Part shown: one piece after another, positions 37,959 to 44,978 of the stretch
Numbering within the stretch: the stretch's first letter is position 1
Layout: each line of letters starts with the position of its first letter
Assembly (NCBI GenBank): GCA_903907885.1
Contig: CAIVPY010000214.1
Coordinates: forward strand, 1 to 44,978
DNA from: an uncultured Bacteroidota bacterium
GTDB lineage: Bacteria; Bacteroidota; Bacteroidia; UKL13-3
Reading direction: 5' to 3'
Length of the DNA stretch: 44,978 nt
The notes under the pieces: model-generated
Told to the model about the DNA's origin: nothing
What the model saw: only the letters and a program-made list of their open reading frames with translations
The model's database searches: none
Made by a program: the position numbers and the translations under genes

Positions 37959-40592
37959 ATGAAAGTACTAGATATTAAAACAATGCGTGGACCAAATTAT
38001 TGGTCGATACGAAGACATAAACTAATTCAAATGAGGCTTGATTTAGAAGAATTAGAACAATTGCCTACGAATAAAATTCCTGGATTTGGAAATAGATTAG
38101 AAGCACTTTTTCCTAGTATGTTCGGACATCGATGTTCTGAGGGTTCAGATGGTGGATTTTTTATGCGTGTAAAAGAAGGCACTTGGATGGGTCATGTAAT
38201 AGAACACATTGCTTTAGAAATTCAATGCCTTGCTGGAATGAACTGTGGCTTTGGTCGCACACGCGGCACTGGAAAAGAGGGCATTTACAATGTGGTTTTT
38301 AGTTACATGGAAGAAAAGGCAGGAGTGTATGCCGCCAAAGCGGCTGTTGAAATTGCTAGGTCATTAATTAACAATACCGAATACGATCTTGCAAACGATA
38401 TCCAAACACTTAGAGAAATTCGTGAAGATGAACGCTTAGGACCAAGTACAGGTTGCATCGTTGATGAAGCTGTAGCACGAGGTATTCCTTACATTAGATT
38501 AAACCGAAATTCACTTGTGCAATTGGGTTATGGAGTAAATCAAAAGCGCATTAGAGCCACCATAGCCAGCACCACAGGAAGCATTGCTGTAGATATTGCT
38601 TGTGATAAAGAAGAGACTAAAAACCTTTTGGGAGCAGCCGAAATACCAGTTCCTAAAGGTAGAATAGTATACACTGAAGAAGGCTTAGAAGCTGCTATTG
38701 AAAGTATTAAATATCCAATTGTTACTAAGCCAGTTGATGGAAATCATGGCAAAGGAGCTACCACCAATATTAACAATTGGGAGGATGCCGTAAAAGGATT
38801 AGAAGCTGCTAAAAAATATTCGCGTGGTGTAATCGTTGAAAAATTTATTACTGGTCTAGACCACCGTATTTTAGTTATCAATTATAAATTTATTGCAGCA
38901 GCCATTCGCAAGCCTGCATCTGTAACAGGTGATGGAAAGCATACCGTACAAGAATTGATTGATATAACTAACCTTGACCCAAGAAGAGGTTATGGACATG
39001 AAAAAACATTGACTAGCATCAAAGTGGATGATTTTACCATGGATATGTTGGACAAGAAAAACTTGATACTAAGCTCTGTATTGCCCAAAGGTGAAGAGCT
39101 TTGGTTGAAACCTACTGCTAATCTTAGTACGGGAGGAACGGCAACAGATGTTACGGATATGGTTCATCCTGATAATATTTTTATGTGTGAACGTATTGCA
39201 AAAATTATAGGTTTGGATATTTGTGGTATAGACATTATGGCAAATACTTTATCCGAGCCATTAGCCGAATCGGGTGGGGGAGTAATAGAAGTAAATGCTG
39301 CACCTGGTTTTAGAATGCACATCGATCCAGCTGAAGGATTGCCAAGAAATATTGCCGAACCTGTAATTGATATGTTGTACCCTGTTGGTAGTACCGCTCG
39401 CATTCCTATTATTGCTGTTACTGGAACCAATGGAAAAACAACCACCACTCGATTAATGGCTCACATGGTAAAAACCATGGGACACAAAGTAGGTTATACC
39501 ACCACAGATGGGGTTTATATTCAAAATCAATTAATGATGCGAGGCGATTGTACGGGGCCTGTTAGTGCAGAATTTGTGTTAAAAGACCCAACAGTTGACT
39601 TTGCCGTTTTGGAATGTGCTAGAGGTGGAATTTTACGTTCTGGATTAGGCTTCCATAATTGCGATATAGCCATTGTTACCAATGTTGCCGAAGACCATCT
39701 TGGTTTGGGTGATATTGATACCATAGAGCAATTAGCCAGAGTGAAAGCGGTGGTTCCTGAGAGTGTTTTGCCAGGAGGTTATGCCATATTGAATGCCGAC
39801 AACAAACACACAGTAGGCATGACAAAAGATTTGCGTTGCAAACATGCATTCTTCAGTATGGATGAGAACAATCCAATCATAAAAGAGCATACTGCAAAAG
39901 GTGGATTAGCTGCTATCTATGAAAATGATTATGTAACCATTTGCAAAGGCACTTGGAAAATTAGGGTTGAAAAAGCAATTAATATTCCCCTTACTTTTGG
40001 TGGACGTGCCACATACAACATAGCTAATATATTACCAACCATTCTTGCAGGATTTATTCGCAATTATAAGATAGAAGATATGCGATTGGCTTTAGCTACG
40101 TTTATTCCTGGCCCAGCGCAAACGCCTGGACGCATGAATATTTTTAGATTTAAGAATTTTGATGTGATGGTGGATTATGCCCACAACACAGCGGGTTTTG
40201 AAGCCATAGCAGATATGCTTAGCAAAATAGATGCTACACAAAAAGTAGGTGTGATTGCTGGTGTGGGTGATAGAAGAGATCAAGATACTATCAACTTAGG
40301 TAAAGTAGCTGCTAAAATGTTTGATGAGATTATCATTCGCCAGGATAAAAATTTAAGAGGCAGAACAGAGGAACAGATTATTGATTTGATGACAACAGGT
40401 ATTAGCGAGATAGATGCCAATAAAAAAGTTACTACCATCAAGAAAGAAAAAGAAGCCATCGAATATGCCATTAAAAATGCGGTAAAAGGTAGTTTTATTA
40501 CCATTTGCAGTGATGTGGTGCCAGACGCATTGGATCAAATAATGAAGTTGAAAGAAGCTGAGGATTTAGGCAATTTAGAATTAGGAAAATAA
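37959..40592 (+). CDS. cphA: Cyanophycin synthetase
   Basis: The N-terminus MKVLDIKTMRGPNYWS is typical of CphA. The protein has an ATP-grasp central domain and a Mur-ligase-like domain with P-loop GTNGKTTT; 877 aa. Confidence 0.95.
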   Translation: MKVLDIKTMRGPNYWSIRRHKLIQMRLDLEELEQLPTNKIPGFGNRLEALFPSMFGHRCSEGSDGGFFMRVKEGTWMGHVIEHIALEIQCLAGMNCGFGRTRGTGKEGIYNVVFSYMEEKAGVYAAKAAVEIARSLINNTEYDLANDIQTLREIREDERLGPSTGCIVDEAVARGIPYIRLNRNSLVQLGYGVNQKRIRATIASTTGSIAVDIACDKEETKNLLGAAEIPVPKGRIVYTEEGLEAAIESIKYPIVTKPVDGNHGKGATTNINNWEDAVKGLEAAKKYSRGVIVEKFITGLDHRILVINYKFIAAAIRKPASVTGDGKHTVQELIDITNLDPRRGYGHEKTLTSIKVDDFTMDMLDKKNLILSSVLPKGEELWLKPTANLSTGGTATDVTDMVHPDNIFMCERIAKIIGLDICGIDIMANTLSEPLAESGGGVIEVNAAPGFRMHIDPAEGLPRNIAEPVIDMLYPVGSTARIPIIAVTGTNGKTTTTRLMAHMVKTMGHKVGYTTTDGVYIQNQLMMRGDCTGPVSAEFVLKDPTVDFAVLECARGGILRSGLGFHNCDIAIVTNVAEDHLGLGDIDTIEQLARVKAVVPESVLPGGYAILNADNKHTVGMTKDLRCKHAFFSMDENNPIIKEHTAKGGLAAIYENDYVTICKGTWKIRVEKAINIPLTFGGRATYNIANILPTILAGFIRNYKIEDMRLALATFIPGPAQTPGRMNIFRFKNFDVMVDYAHNTAGFEAIADMLSKIDATQKVGVIAGVGDRRDQDTINLGKVAAKMFDEIIIRQDKNLRGRTEEQIIDLMTTGISEIDANKKVTTIKKEKEAIEYAIKNAVKGSFITICSDVVPDALDQIMKLKEAEDLGNLELGK

Positions 40593-40661
40593 CCCAAGCA
40601 TATAGCTACTCACTATTGTTTTTATAATATGATTGTGGGTAGCTATTTTTTTATTTTACAG

Positions 40662-41078
40662 ATGTTGAAAGTAATTAAAATAGTAGACCCAAAAGACCAA
40701 GAAACGGCTTGGGCCATTCGCAAAATAGTTTTTGTGATTGGGCAAAACTGTGCTGAAGAAATTGAATGGGAGTATGAAGATGAATCAACCCATTTTCTTG
40801 CCTTGTATGATGGAGAACCTGCTGGAACAGCCCGTTGGCGCATAACCGACAAAGGTTATAAATTAGAACGATTTGCTGTCTTAGAAAAATTTAGAATGAA
40901 AGGCGTGGCTTCGGCTTTATTAAAAATGGTTATCGATGATTTGCCCGAAAAGGATAAAATGATATACCTGCATGCACAGCTAAGTGCCAAAGGCCTCTAT
41001 GCCAAACATGGATTTACCGAAGTAGGCGAGCATTTTTGGGAAGCCGATATTGAGCATGTGAAAATGCAGTTGGCTTAG
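40662..41078 (+). CDS. GNAT family N-acetyltransferase (ElaA/YjcF-like)
   Basis: Acetyl-CoA-binding motif A region FAVLEKFRMKGVASALL, plus YAKHGF. I start at MLKVIKIV (M12 of the track ORF at 40629). Confidence 0.85.
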   Translation: MLKVIKIVDPKDQETAWAIRKIVFVIGQNCAEEIEWEYEDESTHFLALYDGEPAGTARWRITDKGYKLERFAVLEKFRMKGVASALLKMVIDDLPEKDKMIYLHAQLSAKGLYAKHGFTEVGEHFWEADIEHVKMQLA

Positions 41079-41144
41079 AGAATAATTTTTCACACCCATG
41101 CTGGTATGAGCTGACCTTCGCAGCAGCGAAAGGCTTTACTGTGG

Positions 41145-41552
41145 CTACTTAGCTTTCATTTTATTTCCTTTTGCATCGTGTGTAACTTCAGCAAGTCCTA
41201 ATGATTCCATTAGAGGTGGAATATACATACCGAAGCGCCCACGAAGACCTTTTTTAAGTCCATACCAACCGCCAATTGGGTTGTTTTCTGAACGTGCCCA
41301 AGCTTCAACAGTTCCATTTTTCGCTGGTTTTTGTTCGTCTGCACTACCCAATTCCATCCAATCTCCGTGTGCTTTTAACATGGTATGCAAGTCTATAAGG
41401 CAACGGTAATCGTAATGCAAAATGGTTTTGCCCACTGTACAAACTAATATTTCTTTGCCGTCTTTTTCGTCTGTGTGCATCGTATATTCTGATGATAAAG
41501 GTGGTGTTTTTAAAACCAAAGGTGTTTCTTTTGTTCCTATTTTGTATTTCAT
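41145..41552 (-). CDS. Conserved hypothetical protein (135 aa)
   Basis: Clean ORF. The motifs LGSADEQKPAKNGTVEAW and NPIGGWYGLKKGLRGRFGMYIPPL look like a family I have seen widely in bacteria, but I cannot name it. No TM helix or signal peptide. Confidence 0.6.
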   Translation of the reverse strand: MKYKIGTKETPLVLKTPPLSSEYTMHTDEKDGKEILVCTVGKTILHYDYRCLIDLHTMLKAHGDWMELGSADEQKPAKNGTVEAWARSENNPIGGWYGLKKGLRGRFGMYIPPLMESLGLAEVTHDAKGNKMKAK

Positions 41553-41766
41553 TTTTTTGATGTTATGAGTATTTAATTTATTTGGTCGTTAAGGTTAGAT
41601 CTGTAAATCTCACTTTGGTATTGGTTTAACGTTTTGCAGATTTGCGATGGGCGGGCTTTTCACCACAAATGTTCATTTGAAAAACCGAACTTAAATCTTG
41701 CACTGAACTGTCATAGAAGCACTGCACCCGACATTTTAGCGGTTCGTGCTTCTTTTTCTAATGTCG

Positions 41767-43734
41767 CTATATAGTTCGTATTCCACATGATTGAAAGTAA
41801 TTAAATGTTTGGTCATACAGTTCTTTTGGTCTAGTATGGTCAAGGTTGTCTCCTTCTGGAATGAAAATTATTAGTCCTTGTCTAGCCCTGGTTAAAAGAA
41901 CTCTATATGCATTTTGTAAATACGTTTTGTCGTTCTCATTGTGGATGTTTTGCCACTTAGTCCCTGAAAAATATTGACAATTCCATTTTCCATCTTTGAA
42001 ATTATAGTTGATGTCCCAAGCTAAACAGACCCAATCAATTTCTAAACCTTGTATGTCAAATTCAGTTGCTATTTCTTCCAAGAAATAAGAAGAACGAATA
42101 TCATCTGAATTATTCAAGAACCAATTTGGAGCTGAGATTTCATTTTTAACATCAATTCCTAAAGGTCTCAACCTTCTGCCGCCCGAACTTGCAACCAGTC
42201 CAATTCTTTCACTTCCTTTTGCTTGAGTTCTCAACCATTTTTTTGCGGTTGTTAAATCTCTTGTTATGAAAAGCGGAAAATCATTTTTTACTTCTCCGAT
42301 TAGAGTTGTAGCTCTTTCATGGTTTGCTTCTAAAATTTCGTGCATTAATTCAGAAATTTTCTCTGAACGAAATGACCTTACTGAAACTGATAAATGTAAT
42401 TCATGTTTTTCAGTCGCCACTTCTTGGAGCCAATTGCGCAATTCAAAATCTGATAAATAATTGTCATCAGTTGAAATTAAATTTGAATAATGAATATCCC
42501 AGTGAGGATAGTTATTTTTCAAAGACGAAAGCCATTCAGAAACGCCCGCTTCACCTGTATTTATTTCTTGACCACCTCCAATCAAACAGATAACGGTACA
42601 CCAGTCTTCATGTCTATTCATGACACTAATTAAATATTCAGGCTCTGACATATCGAAGTCTTCAACTCCCTTTTTTCGTTTCATGAACGAACTAACTTGT
42701 TCTTTTGCCCAAGCTCTTTGTGCTTCGTCAAATACTACTACTTTCTCAATCGGTGCTTTCTTAGAAATTAAATTATCGTCTCTGAAGTGATGAATATTCT
42801 GAATAAAAGCGTTAGCTTTTATTGCTGCAACTTTCTTCGTTAATGGCACACCATTTTCTTTTGATGTTTCAACTTCATCTCTTGTCAGGGCTTCTCTTAA
42901 TACGTCAACCAATGGACCATTTCCAGAAAGGAAAACGGCATGTTCATCTTCAGCGGCTTTCATTCTTTCGTTGGCTATATTTAGACCCGCAAGTGTTTTT
43001 CCAGCACCAGGAACGCCTGTCAAAAAGCAAATTGATTTTTTATTTTCTCTCTTTGCGGTTTCAATTATGTTGTTTATGCAGTCAGTTGTCTTTGAAAGAT
43101 TGATTGCTCCCGCATCGTGTCTTGAAATCTCCTTTACATTATGTCCTTTGTAAAGTGCTTGAGCAGCTTCAATAATTGTTGGAGTGGGTTTGTAAATTGA
43201 ATTTTCCCAATCAGTTGCATTTATTTGTTTCCCGTTGCTTTGTATAAGTGTTTTGGTGATTACGGCACTTAAATTTTGCTGATTGGCTTTTAGAGGCTCG
43301 AATAAATTGTCTAAAACTTTAAATGAATTTTCTATTGGTTCCGCTTTAGTTGAAATTAATACCGGAATTAATTTTTCGTGATGACTTCCTTCGTGAAAGT
43401 TTTGTAAGTCCAAACAATAGTCAACTACTTGTTCAATGGAATGTTTTTGAAATTGGGTATCACCAACTTTGAATTCCAAAACAAAAATAAGGTCGTTTAT
43501 TATTAAAACATTGTCAACTCGTTTTCCCATTCGAGGTATAGAAAACTCAAAATAAATTTGTCCGTTTTTAATACTTTGAAGTGTGTCTTTGAGAATTGTT
43601 ATTTGTTTAACCCAAGAGTTTTTTTGTAAGTCTTCAAGTGCATGGTTGTGATGCAAACTTAACTGACCAAGAATTCGAGTTTCATCATCTTGCAAGAAGT
43701 CCGAAATTGAATTTGAGTAGTAACTTCTTGTCAT
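41767..43734 (-). CDS. DUF2075 / Schlafen-helicase-like P-loop NTPase with an N-terminal PD-(D/E)xK nuclease-like module
   Basis: aa 60-90 read YFEFSIPRMGKRVDNVLIINDLIFVLEFKVG (E..D..ExK). Walker A is GVPGAGKT (aa 240-247, ~42994..43017), Walker B is VVVFDEAQ (aa 332-339), and the C-terminus has YRVLLTRARQGLIIF. Confidence 0.8.
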   Translation of the reverse strand: MTRSYYSNSISDFLQDDETRILGQLSLHHNHALEDLQKNSWVKQITILKDTLQSIKNGQIYFEFSIPRMGKRVDNVLIINDLIFVLEFKVGDTQFQKHSIEQVVDYCLDLQNFHEGSHHEKLIPVLISTKAEPIENSFKVLDNLFEPLKANQQNLSAVITKTLIQSNGKQINATDWENSIYKPTPTIIEAAQALYKGHNVKEISRHDAGAINLSKTTDCINNIIETAKRENKKSICFLTGVPGAGKTLAGLNIANERMKAAEDEHAVFLSGNGPLVDVLREALTRDEVETSKENGVPLTKKVAAIKANAFIQNIHHFRDDNLISKKAPIEKVVVFDEAQRAWAKEQVSSFMKRKKGVEDFDMSEPEYLISVMNRHEDWCTVICLIGGGQEINTGEAGVSEWLSSLKNNYPHWDIHYSNLISTDDNYLSDFELRNWLQEVATEKHELHLSVSVRSFRSEKISELMHEILEANHERATTLIGEVKNDFPLFITRDLTTAKKWLRTQAKGSERIGLVASSGGRRLRPLGIDVKNEISAPNWFLNNSDDIRSSYFLEEIATEFDIQGLEIDWVCLAWDINYNFKDGKWNCQYFSGTKWQNIHNENDKTYLQNAYRVLLTRARQGLIIFIPEGDNLDHTRPKELYDQTFNYFQSCGIRTI

Positions 43735-43914
43735 TTTAATTTCTTAATTGTTGGTTTGTCGTCCTAGCATGACCGGTAACTTGTATATAAGGGTTTTCCA
43801 TCCTTATCTCTCCAATATGGGTAGATAAATATGTATTTGCCATACTTACTTAACAAATGTATTCTAATGTTTTGCAAATCCAAATCATTAAAAGAGCTTT
43901 GTTTTAAAACACTT

Positions 43915-43950
43915 CACACAAAAAATCCCAAGACATTGGCTTGAGATTTT
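43915..43950 (-). terminator. Rho-independent terminator of the TonB-dependent receptor gene
   Basis: Minus-strand RNA AAAAUCUCAAG-CCAAUGU-CUUGGGAUUUU forms an 11-bp stem with one G-U pair, followed by UUGUGUG. It lies ~95 nt after the stop at 44046. Confidence 0.6.
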
Positions 43951-44045
43951 CTTTGAAGAATGAAATGCTTATGCTTTCTCCAATTCGGTTTCTAAGGCTG
44001 TTATTTTGCCTGGCTCCACTGTGGCATTAATAGGAGTTTAATTAC

Positions 44046-44978
44046 CTAAAATTTCCAACTTAAACTTACAAACACATTGCGGGCAGCAGCAGGGTAAAAC
44101 AATCCTACCGATCCAATTTTGCCTTGGCTATCTAGTGTGTTGGTATAAGCCTTTACTGTTCCTGCTGGTGTGTATAATTGGTCGGTAATATTATTTACTT
44201 GTATGCTTATGCTGGGCTCGCCAAGTTTGATAATATGTTTTAAGCTTGCACCTAATTTTAAATCAATGCAATTAAAATCAGGAATACTCATGTTTTTATC
44301 TTGGCTATTATCCAAATATTGCATACTTACATAACGAAAATTACACTCGGTATACAACCATTTTGCAGGTATAAAACGCAAGCCTTGGTTAATAATTACC
44401 GATGGCGATAAAGCTGCTGTTGTATTTGTTTTGCTTATAGCGGTATCAGCATAAGAGTTTGGGTCGTAATAGTGCAAATTTATTTTATCGATGGTGTTTT
44501 GACTAAATGCCGAGCTATGTGTTAGCCAAAACATTTTATTTATTTTCCATACGCCATCAAGCTCTATGCCCTGGCGCACGCTTGCTCCCACATTTACATT
44601 TATGGGAACACCATACGAATTTATACTTCCTGTTGATGCAATTTGGTTTTCAAAACCCATATAGAACAAATTGGCGTTTACCATAATACCATTGTTTTTA
44701 TAGCCAGCTCCAAGTTCATAATCATTCACAGTTTCATGCTTAATATCGCTTTGTTTGATGTCGCTGTAAGGATGTTCGTCTTTAAAATAATCAACTCTTG
44801 CAGGTTCTCTATTGCTGCGTCCATACATGGCATAAGCACTTATGTTTTTATTGAAAGCTTGACGTAAACCCACTCTATAATTTACAAAAGTCCAACTCAT
44901 GTTTTCTACATTATAATTATCGTTGTTGGTTCTGTACTGCATCGTTTGTGGGCTATAATTAAAGCTTACATTTCGCAC
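44046..44978 (-). CDS. TonB-dependent receptor, C-terminal beta-barrel portion (partial; continues beyond the right edge)
   Basis: Beta-strand periodicity throughout, with the terminal ...NVFVSLSWKF aromatic C-terminus typical of TonB-dependent/OMP barrels. The ORF is open to the window end. Confidence 0.85.
   Translation of the reverse strand: MRNVSFNYSPQTMQYRTNNDNYNVENMSWTFVNYRVGLRQAFNKNISAYAMYGRSNREPARVDYFKDEHPYSDIKQSDIKHETVNDYELGAGYKNNGIMVNANLFYMGFENQIASTGSINSYGVPINVNVGASVRQGIELDGVWKINKMFWLTHSSAFSQNTIDKINLHYYDPNSYADTAISKTNTTAALSPSVIINQGLRFIPAKWLYTECNFRYVSMQYLDNSQDKNMSIPDFNCIDLKLGASLKHIIKLGEPSISIQVNNITDQLYTPAGTVKAYTNTLDSQGKIGSVGLFYPAAARNVFVSLSWKF

Noticed and set aside
41553-44045. Whether the DUF2075 region is a discrete mobile island (integrase, tRNA attachment site, flanking direct repeats, GC shift)
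   Set aside because: I could find no integrase or recombinase, no tRNA gene and no flanking direct repeats by eye. Base composition looks similar to the rest of the window. I therefore do not call a mobile element here.
1-44978. CRISPR arrays, rRNA and tRNA genes
   Set aside because: Reading the intergenic regions showed no regularly spaced 25-40-nt direct repeats and no rRNA- or tRNA-like sequences. All gaps are short and AT-rich.

Overview
This window looks like a low-GC Bacteroidota chromosomal segment. Supporting features are a T9SS C-terminal sorting domain, a DUF5686/CarboxypepD_reg protein, a TPR-type hybrid sensor kinase, a split transketolase and a class I FBA. It is densely packed with housekeeping genes: sucD, menD, gatA, tatA, comM/yifB, ridA, pgk, accD, fbaB, the split tkt, PPIase and Nudix. 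I saw no rRNA, tRNA or CRISPR array. The only mobile-element signal is a possible IS/transposase 5' end at the left edge, next to what looks like a truncated outer-membrane barrel gene. The least housekeeping-like content has three parts. First, at the right end (41.1-44.0 kb) there is a stand-alone PD-(D/E)xK nuclease fused to a DUF2075/Schlafen-type P-loop NTPase, with its own flanking non-coding regions and a small conserved neighbour; this is my best candidate for a defence-type or otherwise uncharacterised system. Second, a translationally coupled processive GT2 synthase and NodB-type deacetylase pair is followed by a T9SS-secreted CxxC thioredoxin-fold protein and an outer-membrane barrel with an N-terminal Cys-Cys motif (23.9-28.2 kb). 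Third, there is a divergent cyanophycinase/cyanophycin synthetase locus (37.0-41.1 kb). Several proteins also appear to have lost catalytic residues: the histidine kinase H-box His, the receiver acidic pocket, the SLT catalytic Glu and an HBD-like Rossmann motif. All functional calls come from motif recognition by eye on the supplied translations. No database search was run.
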